Counted from the first letter of the stretch, positions 1 through 8,162 are shown. The stretch is 64,000 nt of DNA from a virus (IMGVR_UViG_3300042257_000126:1-64000), one strand, 5' to 3'. A program made the numbers and translations. The notes: generated by a model not told the origin, from the sequence alone.

Positions 1-84
1 AACGTTCCGCAGGTAAATGCCGTGCCTGCACAATTTTCAAATCACGGCACAAACTTCAACAGCATGGCATTTGACCTGCTGTTA
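1..84. repeat. attC-like hairpin 0 (cut by window edge)
   Basis: AAC-GTTCC-GCAGGTAAATGCC...GGCATTTGACCTGC-T-GTTA, extra G in right arm. Confidence 0.8.
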
Positions 85-100
85 TAAAACGTTTTTAGCA

Positions 101-331
101 ATGGAAATTGAAGCGACAAATCTCAGAAAGGACTATAAATTTTTAACAATAAAATCACATTTTGGGAAATACTTGGTTGAGTATTATTCAAATAGAGTTC
201 CGGGACATAGGTCAGAAATATTTGCAACAATGCAAGCAGCAAAAAGATTTTGCACAATGGATATTCAAAACCCAAAATGGGGTAAAGATTATCCTAAATT
301 ACAGTGGCGTGCGAAAGCAAATGTTTTATAA
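101..331 (+). CDS. Cassette hypothetical protein (alternative start at 17, inside the hairpin)
   Basis: ORF fills cassette 81-332; its stop TAA is part of the TAAC core. Confidence 0.7.
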   Translation: MEIEATNLRKDYKFLTIKSHFGKYLVEYYSNRVPGHRSEIFATMQAAKRFCTMDIQNPKWGKDYPKLQWRAKANVL

Positions 332-455
332 CGTAAAAGCATTGCCGTCAGTGGCGGTTTAGAAGTACAAAAGTTTAATACCAGCACAAATGATTGATAG
401 AAGTACAAAAGTTGAAATAAAGAACGTCACCCGCCATTGCGGCAATGCAGTGTTA
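329..455. repeat. attC-like hairpin 1
   Basis: TAAC-GTAAAA-GCATTGCCGTCAGTGGCGG...CCGCCATTGCGGCAATGC-AGT-GTTA. Confidence 0.85.
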
Positions 456-1103
456 GGTGCAGTGCCTTATTCGGAAGTTTATTTGATGGACTGTGTCGCT
501 GGTTTGCGGCATTATCCAGACAATTATTTTGATTTGGCAGTAGTTGACCCGCCTTACGGGATAGGGATTGATGGGCAAAAGCAAAGTATTAATTTGAACA
601 ACCCGAAAGCAAACAGAAAAGAGCATAAATTCAGGGGATGGGATAATGATATACCTTCAAATGAATACTTTGATGAGCTGTGGCGTGTATCTAAAAATCA
701 AATCATTTGGGGTGCGAATTACTTTGTAGAACATTTAAACAAAGGCACAAAAGGGTGGATTGTCTGGTATAAAGGTCAAGAAGGATTAACAATGAGTGAT
801 GCAGAATTAGCATACAGTAGTTTTGATTGTGCCACAAGGGTTGTTAAAATAAACAGGGTTGAACTATTGAAGGACGGAACAATACACCCAACACAAAAGC
901 CTATAAAACTATATGATTGGATTTATGCTAATTATGCAAAGCAAGGAGATTTGATTTTAGATACACATTGCGGAAGCCAAGCCAGTCGAATTGCAGCGGA
1001 TAAGGCGGGTCTTAACTTTGTCGGATTTGAAATTGATGAGGAATATTTTAATGCCGCAAACAAGCGTTTTGATAACTTCAAATCGCAGACGAGGCTGTTT
1101 TAG
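390..1103 (+). CDS. DNA N6-adenine/N4-cytosine methyltransferase (beta-type motif order)
   Basis: DPPY catalytic motif, HPTQKP, ILDTHCGS SAM-binding variant, GFEID. Confidence 0.93.
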   Translation: MIDRSTKVEIKNVTRHCGNAVLGAVPYSEVYLMDCVAGLRHYPDNYFDLAVVDPPYGIGIDGQKQSINLNNPKANRKEHKFRGWDNDIPSNEYFDELWRVSKNQIIWGANYFVEHLNKGTKGWIVWYKGQEGLTMSDAELAYSSFDCATRVVKINRVELLKDGTIHPTQKPIKLYDWIYANYAKQGDLILDTHCGSQASRIAADKAGLNFVGFEIDEEYFNAANKRFDNFKSQTRLF

Positions 1104-1113
1104 GCATTGCACC

Positions 1114-1241
1114 TAACGTTTGACGGTAAACTCTCGTTGCCGTTCTAAATACGAGAGATAAATTTTCAAATTACTACAAAATGAAAAACGAAGCAGAAAA
1201 TATTGATAAACAACAAGGCGATGGAGTTTTACCGTGTGTTA
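1114..1241. repeat. attC-like hairpin 2
   Basis: TAAC-GTTTG-ACGGTAAACTC...GAGTTTTACCGT-GT-GTTA. Confidence 0.85.
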
Positions 1242-1387
1242 GCCGTAGTTTTATTGGCTTATTCATGCACTATGATAATGGCGATATGGTAAACATTCAA
1301 GATTTACCAAAACCAGAATACGAGAAATTTCTTGAACAAATGAACGCATTAAGAATGGCATACATCACCTTGGTTAGTCGTCCGTAA
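1181..1387 (+). CDS. Small cassette hypothetical protein
   Basis: 68 aa ORF starting inside hairpin 2 and ending at the cassette inverted repeat. Confidence 0.7.
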   Translation: MKNEAENIDKQQGDGVLPCVSRSFIGLFMHYDNGDMVNIQDLPKPEYEKFLEQMNALRMAYITLVSRP

Positions 1388-1395
1388 ATTACGGC

Positions 1396-1442
1396 TAACG
1401 GTGAGTGTAACAGGTCGTTTTAATGCCTGTTACACATTGTTA
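1396..1442. repeat. attC-like hairpin 3 (47 bp)
   Basis: TAAC-GGTGA-GTGTAACAGG...CCTGTTACAC-ATT-GTTA. Confidence 0.85.
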
Positions 1443-1474
1443 GGTGTAGTATGAACGGATTAAAAGAATGAAAG

Positions 1475-2059
1475 ATGAAAAAATATAAAACGATAATAGC
1501 AGACCCACCTTGGAAATATAAAGGGCGTGGTCCAGCATCAGCAAAAGAACACCGACCTAATAGTTACGGTGCTGCTCCAAGTAGTGAAGAACGCTATGGG
1601 GCAATGAGTATGGAAGAACTGAAACAACTGCCAATTAAGAATATGATTGAAGATAAAGCACACCTTTATTTGTGGGTAACAAACGCATTTATAGAACGTG
1701 GATGGCAGTTGTGTAAGGATTGGGGATTTGAGCCAAAAACAGTGGTTACGTGGGGGAAACTTAGAAAAGCAGACGGGCAACCAAGTATGAAAACAGGCTA
1801 CTATTTTAGAGGTGCGACTGAACACTTCATATTTGCAACCAAAGGTAACCTTAGATTAAAAGACAAAGCGGTTGAGCCAACACTGTTTTTGAGCGAAAGG
1901 CTGCCGCATAGCGTAAAGCCTGAATGGTTCTACGACCTTGTAGATAGGTGTTCTTTTGCAGACAAGTTAGAACTATTTTCGAGGCGTGAACGAAATGGGT
2001 GGGACTGCTGGGGCAACCAAGCTGAAAATAGCATTGACCTTAGTGAATATTACACCTAA
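1475..2059 (+). CDS. MT-A70 family adenine methyltransferase
   Basis: IIADPPW, LYLWVTN, WGF, TEH, HSVKP, LELFSR, GWDCWGNQ motifs. Confidence 0.93.
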   Translation: MKKYKTIIADPPWKYKGRGPASAKEHRPNSYGAAPSSEERYGAMSMEELKQLPIKNMIEDKAHLYLWVTNAFIERGWQLCKDWGFEPKTVVTWGKLRKADGQPSMKTGYYFRGATEHFIFATKGNLRLKDKAVEPTLFLSERLPHSVKPEWFYDLVDRCSFADKLELFSRRERNGWDCWGNQAENSIDLSEYYT

Positions 2060-2182
2060 CGTTTTGCGTGTATAAGAAGTGGTGGATTTAGAACCCGAAA
2101 CTTTCAATACAGCACTACACTTAATTTGAAAAACGAATGTTGAATATACCACTGAACACGCCATTTTTTATACACGCTGTTA
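2057..2182. repeat. attC-like hairpin 4
   Basis: TAAC-GTTTT-GCGTGTATAAGAAGTGG...CCATTTTTTATACACGC-T-GTTA. Confidence 0.85.
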
Positions 2183-2275
2183 TAAGCTGGTGCGGTTTAT
2201 TATCACAGAACTTGAATCGAAGAACGAAACCTTTTTCTTTTCTTTTTTGTGCAGTGGGAAAATAAAAATTTAATA

Positions 2276-2602
2276 ATGAAAGATAGAGAATATGTAACAA
2301 CTAATGGCAGAGCAGTATTTTACGCTGCTATGTGGAACGATTTAAGACAAGCTGCAATGGATAAAGGTTGGGCATTAGCCTTACACGGAAGCCTTGCAAG
2401 TGATATGGATATTATGGCGATGCCTTGGACAAAAGAAGCCACAAATGATAATGAAATGATAGAAGCAATTAAAAACTGTTTTACTGATTGCAGTAAAATA
2501 AAGGTGGAAATATCTAAAATGCCTAACAACAGGATTGTTTACACACTTTCAATATTTGGGGATTTTTATTTGGACATAAATATTATAAATAACAAAGGAT
2601 GA
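2276..2602 (+). CDS. Hypothetical protein, possible minimal nucleotidyltransferase fold
   Basis: ALHGSLASDMDI resembles the hGS..DhD Pol-beta NTase motif; ATG at 2276 follows an A-rich leader. Confidence 0.55.
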   Translation: MKDREYVTTNGRAVFYAAMWNDLRQAAMDKGWALALHGSLASDMDIMAMPWTKEATNDNEMIEAIKNCFTDCSKIKVEISKMPNNRIVYTLSIFGDFYLDINIINNKG

Positions 2603-3381
2603 ATATAGATTTAAGACAAGGAGAAGCACTCGCGGGAATGCAGAAAATGGTAGATGAAGGTATTGTTGTTGATATGATACTTGCAGACTTACCCTATGGA
2701 ACAACGAGTAATAAATGGGATGCAGTAATTCCGTTTGAACCAATGTGGGAACTTTATTGGAAGCTACTTAAACCAACAGGTGTAATTGTATTAACTGCTT
2801 CTCAGCCATTTTCAAGTGCCTTGATTATGAGCCAACCAAAATATTTTAAACACGAATGGATATGGTTGAAAAACAGAGGCAGTAATTTTGCAAATACAGT
2901 AAGAGAACCAATGAAGGAACACGAACATGTGTTGGTTTTTAGCAAGGGTAAATGGACTTACAATAAGCAAATGCAAGAAAGAACTGGTGCTGGACTTGAT
3001 AGAGTAAAATATAATGTGAAGTTTGAAAGTAAGTCTGAAAATTACAGAGAATTTGAAGGTAGGGTTGAAAACCAACTATCTGATTTGAGAGTTCCTTCAA
3101 GTTGGCAAAAATTCAATACCGATACAAGTGGATTGCACCCAACAATTAAACCTATACCGCTTTTTGAGTATATGATTAAGACATACACAAATGAAGGTGA
3201 AACGGTGTTGGATAACACAATGGGAAGTGGAACAACTGCAATAGCCTGTATGAATTTGAATAGAAATTTCATAGGTATTGAACTTGAAGAAAAATATTTT
3301 CAGGTAGCAAAAAAGAGGGTGGAAGAAAAAAGAAAAGAAAAAGATTTACAAGCAGGAACTCTATTCGGAGACGAAATGTAG
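2599..3381 (+). CDS. DNA N6-adenine/N4-cytosine methyltransferase
   Basis: DLPY, HPTIKP, VLDNTMGSGTT, GIEL motifs. Confidence 0.93.
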   Translation: MNIDLRQGEALAGMQKMVDEGIVVDMILADLPYGTTSNKWDAVIPFEPMWELYWKLLKPTGVIVLTASQPFSSALIMSQPKYFKHEWIWLKNRGSNFANTVREPMKEHEHVLVFSKGKWTYNKQMQERTGAGLDRVKYNVKFESKSENYREFEGRVENQLSDLRVPSSWQKFNTDTSGLHPTIKPIPLFEYMIKTYTNEGETVLDNTMGSGTTAIACMNLNRNFIGIELEEKYFQVAKKRVEEKRKEKDLQAGTLFGDEM

Positions 3382-3391
3382 CACTTGCTTA

Positions 3392-3517
3392 TAACGTATG
3401 GCGGTATGGTGTCGTAGCGGATTAGATGCACAAGCCTATCGAACTGTACGGAAGTAAATAGAAAGCAAAAAATATTGAATTAAACACTAAAACCGCTATG
3501 CACTATACCACGTGTTG
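3392..3517. repeat. attC-like hairpin 5
   Basis: TAAC-GTATGGC-GGTATGGTGTCGTAGCGG...CCGCTATGCACTATACC-ACGT-GTTG. Confidence 0.8.
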
Positions 3518-3539
3518 TAAACTGTAAATACGGTAAAAT

Positions 3540-4172
3540 ATGAACGAAATGAACTTAATAAATACAGACTGCTTACAAGCCTTACGAGAATGTAAAGACA
3601 AGCAATTCAACTTGGCATTAACTGACCCACCTTATAATGTAGGCAGAAAGTATAATGAATATGACGATACACGCCAAGCGAAAGAATACGAAAAATGGTG
3701 TAAAGATTGGTTAAATGAGCTTTTGAGAACTTGTGAAACTGTTGTAATGACTGTTGGTTATAAAAACCTAAAGTTTTGGATTAACCAAGACCCAAAACAT
3801 ATGATGATATGGCACAAACCAAACCAAAACAGTCCAAGCCCTTTAGGTGGATTTAATGCTTATGAACCTGTATTGTTTTGGGGTAAAAATCAAAAGCGAA
3901 TTGGACACGATATATTCAAAACAAATATTGCTATGCAAGAAGAAGCTGCTTGGCACGATTGCCCGAAACACCTGCCAAGTTGGACTAAATTACTTGATAT
4001 GATAGCTGATGAAGGAATGAATATAGTGGACCCGTTTTTAGGAAGCGGAACGACTGCAATTGCTTGTCATAAACTTAAAATGAATTTTACTGGATATGAA
4101 ATTGATAAGACGTATTATGATAAGGCTTGTAAGCGGATTAAACACTACACTTCGCAAATGGCACTATGGTAG
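3540..4172 (+). CDS. DNA N6-adenine/N4-cytosine methyltransferase
   Basis: TDPPY, HDCPK, VDPFLGSGTT, GYEID motifs. Confidence 0.93.
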   Translation: MNEMNLINTDCLQALRECKDKQFNLALTDPPYNVGRKYNEYDDTRQAKEYEKWCKDWLNELLRTCETVVMTVGYKNLKFWINQDPKHMMIWHKPNQNSPSPLGGFNAYEPVLFWGKNQKRIGHDIFKTNIAMQEEAAWHDCPKHLPSWTKLLDMIADEGMNIVDPFLGSGTTAIACHKLKMNFTGYEIDKTYYDKACKRIKHYTSQMALW

Positions 4173-4185
4173 TATTTATTGTTTA

Positions 4186-4279
4186 CAACGTAGATGCGGT
4201 ATGGTTAGTAAAGCCACCCACTATCGCAGCCTATGAAATACAAACTTTAATTGGCTTTATTAACTATGACCGCTTGTTA
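4186..4279. repeat. attC-like hairpin 6
   Basis: CAAC-GTAGAT-GCGGTATGGTTAGTAAAGCCA...TGGCTTTATTAACTATGACCGC-TT-GTTA, extra G in right arm. Confidence 0.85.
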
Positions 4280-4301
4280 GCGGTTGTTATTTACTTTACT
4301 T

Positions 4302-4511
4302 ATGGATAAATTAATAGCAGAAATAGGCGATACAATAAGTTGGACATTTGATGATAAGCCAACAGAGAGCGAAATGTTTAGAGGTAAAACATTTAGTGCA
4401 GAAGTGGCAATGGTAGATGTTGAAGAAAGGCACTACGGTGTATATGCGGATTACGGACAAGATTTAATACCATTTGAGCACGCCACTATTCAGCGGACTA
4501 ATAACCGCTAA
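4302..4511 (+). CDS. Small cassette hypothetical protein
   Basis: ORF fills cassette 4276-4512; its stop is part of the TAAC core. Confidence 0.7.
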   Translation: MDKLIAEIGDTISWTFDDKPTESEMFRGKTFSAEVAMVDVEERHYGVYADYGQDLIPFEHATIQRTNNR

Positions 4512-4544
4512 CTATGTTGTATATGTAATGCACACCCGTGCAAA
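4509..4544. repeat. Array-terminal conserved site, copy 1 (candidate attI-like site)
   Basis: TAACTATGTTGTATATGTAATGCACACCCGTGCAAA, 32/36 identical to 62746-62781. Confidence 0.7.
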
Positions 4545-4558
4545 CAAAACAAATAATT

Positions 4559-4789
4559 ATGAAACAACAACTTACACCAACAGAAATCAGGAAAATTCAA
4601 AATATATGTTTTCAAAATCCGGTCAGGGCTTGCACAGTTGCGCAAGTAATTTTAGATACGTGCCAGGTTGTGAGTTGTTCTACTTATGCAAGGTTGCACA
4701 AAAAAAGTAAGCGGACGGTTTTGTATCAATCAAAACACATGACCGGAGTGAATGTTGAGGACAGAAAGTTTATTGCATTATGTTCTTAA
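4559..4789 (+). CDS. Hypothetical protein, possibly DNA-binding
   Basis: Basic ORF after an A-rich leader; STYARLHKKSKRTV is HTH-like (weak). Confidence 0.55.
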   Translation: MKQQLTPTEIRKIQNICFQNPVRACTVAQVILDTCQVVSCSTYARLHKKSKRTVLYQSKHMTGVNVEDRKFIALCS

Positions 4790-5349
4790 AAGACAAACAA
4801 AACGATTTATTGACAAAAATGTCGGTGTTAAGAAATGGGTACTACACGAACTCAAACGGTAACACGGCACAGGGCAAACTGTGGCTGCTTGGCTACAATG
4901 ATTGCTGGCTATCTGGGTGTGAACTCAGGACGGCAAAAACAGGAATTCATTATATTGTGATCGAGTTAAAGCGAAAACCTGTTAACGTGGATGGGCTTAA
5001 AACAAAAGTGTCATTCGTGCCATACACCGATATTTTGTTCACGAAAGACCTAAAGAATTTCCTTGCAGGATTTGGTCACGCGCTTAAACCAAAGCCACCT
5101 GACATGAGCGAGAACACGTATATAAGGCACGTAAAGAACCGGGTGGATACTTTGATAGGTCAGAACATAAAAGTCGTTGTAACGTACTCCTACGAACCCA
5201 GACGGGACAAATACGGGTATCAGGTGGAGCGGAATAAGTACTACGACGAAAAAGAAAAAGTGTTTGATTGGCGTATGAATGTGTTTTATAACATAAACAG
5301 GGATTTGGATTGGAGGAAGATTTCAAGTGTTTTTGTTAAAGAATTGTAA
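4780..5349 (+). CDS. Hypothetical protein
   Basis: 189 aa ORF in the operon. Confidence 0.7.
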   Translation: MFLKDKQNDLLTKMSVLRNGYYTNSNGNTAQGKLWLLGYNDCWLSGCELRTAKTGIHYIVIELKRKPVNVDGLKTKVSFVPYTDILFTKDLKNFLAGFGHALKPKPPDMSENTYIRHVKNRVDTLIGQNIKVVVTYSYEPRRDKYGYQVERNKYYDEKEKVFDWRMNVFYNINRDLDWRKISSVFVKEL

Positions 5350-5395
5350 CGTACTTTGTGTTTTATTTATTATCTTTACAGAAAAATTTTAAATT

Positions 5396-5692
5396 ATGGG
5401 TTGGGGAACAATTTTAAAAGAAGTTTACATAAACAGGATTGTGCCAGAAGATGTTGAACACCTTATGGAAGAAGAAGAATCCTTAATAACAATGTATCGT
5501 GATGACTTGATGATGTTGGCGGCAGCCACACCGAGAGAAGTAAACGATGGCGACAGCGTTGAACCGTGGGAAGATTACGCATCAAGACGTGTTGGAGAAG
5601 CGATAGATGGATTAATGGAATGTGCCGTAAGGCGATACCAGTTTAATCTTATAAAGGAAGCAGACCCAAACGATATTGTGCATGATGCGTAA
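5396..5692 (+). CDS. Hypothetical protein
   Basis: Acidic 98 aa ORF with a good AT-rich leader. Confidence 0.7.
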   Translation: MGWGTILKEVYINRIVPEDVEHLMEEEESLITMYRDDLMMLAAATPREVNDGDSVEPWEDYASRRVGEAIDGLMECAVRRYQFNLIKEADPNDIVHDA

Positions 5693-6095
5693 GTACGTTG
5701 CACACCCACAGGATAAACACGATGCAAAGCAGGAGTTAGATCAGGTTCCATATCCTTATTTCCTGATGGCAGTGCGACACAAACCGGAAAAAGGAACAGA
5801 CGAATATGAGAAGTGGTTGCGGTCTAATTCGTTTTTTCATCGTTGCATTGTTCCAACGTTCTCTGAACTTAGTGGATTGGGGGAAAACGAAGCCAAAGAA
5901 GAACTGCAAAAAATGTTTGCATTGGTCAACGATTTACCGGACAGTTTTGAGGTAGAGAGCATAGCAGGAATGAGCCTACAACGGCTAACTCAGTTCAACG
6001 AAAACTGTCAGAATTTTTTAATAATGAATTACGGAGAACGGGCAGACGAACTTCTGCTGAATAATATTGGAAAAACAAAGAAGATTAAAAAATAA
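5676..6095 (+). CDS. Hypothetical protein (NinB-like resemblance, weak)
   Basis: Overlaps the previous stop; lies in the recombination cluster. Confidence 0.6.
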   Translation: MCMMRKYVAHPQDKHDAKQELDQVPYPYFLMAVRHKPEKGTDEYEKWLRSNSFFHRCIVPTFSELSGLGENEAKEELQKMFALVNDLPDSFEVESIAGMSLQRLTQFNENCQNFLIMNYGERADELLLNNIGKTKKIKK

Positions 6096-6112
6096 CTTTA
6101 AATTATAAAATC

Positions 6113-6280
6113 ATGGTATCAGACAAAAGTGCGCCTCATTCGCAGGCATTGACAATTTATTTTGACGCTGACATGAAGTCAAGTCAGGTAGTAAGACCAA
6201 CGAAACAGTTCGACGGTAGCTGGAAGCAGTTGGCAGATACGATTACAGGAGGAAACTATTACAAAATTAAAGTACAATAA
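6113..6280 (+). CDS. Small hypothetical protein (55 aa, below the ORF-track cutoff)
   Basis: ATG 6113 to TAA 6280 fills the intergenic gap; MVSDKSAPHSQ... Confidence 0.6.
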   Translation: MVSDKSAPHSQALTIYFDADMKSSQVVRPTKQFDGSWKQLADTITGGNYYKIKVQ

Positions 6281-6282
6281 TT

Positions 6283-6744
6283 ATGGATTTAGTAAAAGGA
6301 ATCATTCAGAAGATTAACGTTAAAGAACCGAAAGAAGGTAAGTACGGAAAATTCGCTGGTTACGGAGTTCAGGTTAACGGTGAGTGGTACAATGGACTTG
6401 CCAACGAGAAGAACGGCGAAGTGTGGCCTGTGGATAAAAACGGCAACAAAATGAAAGAAGGTCAGGAAGTGGAATTGCTTCTTGAAGAAAAGAACGGGTA
6501 CAAAAGTATTGTAACTAAAAGTTCAATGATACTCAGCGGTGGTTCGGCTGCACCACAACAACCTGCTCATCAACCACCTCAACAGGCAGTTACAGAGCAT
6601 CGTACAGCGTTTAAACCCGCCTTATGGGTGAATTGTCTTGATTCGGCTATCAACGCAGCTAAGGTTGCAGGAGCAGAAAAAGTTGATTCACAGCAACTAA
6701 TTCGTGTGGCAGATGTGTTTTTTAACGAAGCATTAAAAAAATGA
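6283..6744 (+). CDS. Hypothetical protein, possible OB-fold ssDNA-binding protein
   Basis: Beta-rich N-terminus, Q/P linker, close to ERF. Confidence 0.55.
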   Translation: MDLVKGIIQKINVKEPKEGKYGKFAGYGVQVNGEWYNGLANEKNGEVWPVDKNGNKMKEGQEVELLLEEKNGYKSIVTKSSMILSGGSAAPQQPAHQPPQQAVTEHRTAFKPALWVNCLDSAINAAKVAGAEKVDSQQLIRVADVFFNEALKK

Positions 6745-7034
6745 AAAAGCTAACGGAAGACTTGTACATCGACAGCGATCCCGATTGCTTTACGTTGTAC
6801 CAAAAGAGAACAGTAAAAGATAAAGACAGAAAGAACTTTGGCAAGGAATCGTTTCCTGTTGTCGGGTACTACGCTACTTACGAGCAGGTAAGTAAGAAGA
6901 TTGCTGAAATTGGAGTAAAAGAATATATTGATAAAGATTGGTTGCAGTGTGTGGAGTTTGTTAACGAAGCACACGAAAACTTTCTGAGTAACGTGAAAGA
7001 ACTTTTAAGTAAAAGATATGGAAAAACTAATTGA
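6741..7034 (+). CDS. Hypothetical protein
   Basis: ORF overlapping both neighbours. Confidence 0.7.
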   Translation: MKKLTEDLYIDSDPDCFTLYQKRTVKDKDRKNFGKESFPVVGYYATYEQVSKKIAEIGVKEYIDKDWLQCVEFVNEAHENFLSNVKELLSKRYGKTN

Positions 7035-7542
7035 AATACAAAGAACATTAAAAGCACCAAAGAACCAATTCAATAAATTTGGTAATTATAAGTATCGTTC
7101 AGCAGAAGATATACTTGAGGCCGCCAAACCATTGTGTACACAGAACGGTGCGTTGTTGACGCTTACTGATGATGTTGTTGAGATCGGTGGTAAGATATTT
7201 GTTAAGGCAACAGCTACGTTTCAACACGAATCGTTTACACACAGCGTTTCTGCTTTTGCTATGCACCCGGAAGATAGAAAGGGAATGGATGCAAGCCAGA
7301 TAACCGGAGCATCTTCGTCGTATGCAAGGAAATATGCTTTAAACGGGTTGTTCTGTATTGACGATGGGAAAGACAATGATTCCCTCGATTCTGCACACAA
7401 AAGAAAGCAAATTAAACTCCCAAGAGAAAAGGTTGACGACGCTGTAAAATTTATAAAAAGCGGTAAGACGATGGACGAACTAAAACAGTTTTATGACATT
7501 GACGCAGCCGTTGAAAAAGAAATTGTAAAGAAACTTGTATGA
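7018..7542 (+). CDS. erf: ERF family ssDNA-annealing protein
   Basis: KAPKNQFNKFGNYKYRSAEDILEA and QITGASSSYARKYALNGLF signatures. Confidence 0.92.
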   Translation: MEKLIEIQRTLKAPKNQFNKFGNYKYRSAEDILEAAKPLCTQNGALLTLTDDVVEIGGKIFVKATATFQHESFTHSVSAFAMHPEDRKGMDASQITGASSSYARKYALNGLFCIDDGKDNDSLDSAHKRKQIKLPREKVDDAVKFIKSGKTMDELKQFYDIDAAVEKEIVKKLV

Positions 7543-8162
7543 ATTTAAGATTTGACATAGAACAGGGAACACCCGAATGGCATGAGATTAAATACGGAAA
7601 GTTCAGTGCATCTGTGGCAGATAATCTACTAATGGGCGAGAACACCGCTGGCTACAACAGTTTAATTAGTCGTATTGTGGAGGAACGGTTTACCGGCAGA
7701 AAAACAGATGGTAAGTCTTTTAGCAATGGTTACATGGAACGTGGTATTGAAATGGAGGAAGAAGCTGTTGAATATTACGAGGCATTGCATTTATGTTCGA
7801 CACAAAAGATTGGTGTTATAGAGGTGGATGATTGGGTTGTGGTAAGTCCTGACCGACTTATTGGCGATGACGGATTGCTACAAATTAAGTGTCCTATATT
7901 CAATACACAGGTTGGATATTTGAAGTCAGGAAAAGTTCCGAACAACTACTTTAAACAAATGCAGTTTGAACTGTGGGCTTCCCAAAGGGATTATAATGTG
8001 TTTTTTTCCTATCATCCTGATTTACCACCATTGGAAGTTGTTGTTGAGCCAGACAAGAAAGTGTTTGAATTGATTGAAAGCAGACTTGAAAAAGCTAAAG
8101 AACAAGTCGTTGCTGATTGTGAATTTTTATCTAACTTAATGTTGAAATATGTTTCCACTTAG
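7539..8162 (+). CDS. YqaJ/lambda-exonuclease family nuclease
   Basis: EQGTPEW, SAS, MERGIEME, SPDRL, QIKCP, QMQ motifs. Confidence 0.9.
   Translation: MNLRFDIEQGTPEWHEIKYGKFSASVADNLLMGENTAGYNSLISRIVEERFTGRKTDGKSFSNGYMERGIEMEEEAVEYYEALHLCSTQKIGVIEVDDWVVVSPDRLIGDDGLLQIKCPIFNTQVGYLKSGKVPNNYFKQMQFELWASQRDYNVFFSYHPDLPPLEVVVEPDKKVFELIESRLEKAKEQVVADCEFLSNLMLKYVST

Larger units (their letters stand above)
1..4544 (+). mobile_element. Integron-like cassette array, 7 cassettes visible, probably continuing left of the window; no integrase seen
   Basis: Each gene unit is flanked by its own 14-18 bp GTT.../...AAC inverted repeat; units are separated by imperfect hairpins of 47-128 bp. Confidence 0.85.

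Noticed and set aside
390-4172. Restriction-modification system
   Set aside because: No recognisable endonuclease accompanies the methyltransferases; they appear to be orphans.
1-4544. CRISPR array, or intrinsic terminators, as the explanation for the periodic hairpins
   Set aside because: The repeats are not identical and the spacers are whole genes. The hairpins lack T tracts, contain start codons and have fixed AAC/GTT boundaries.
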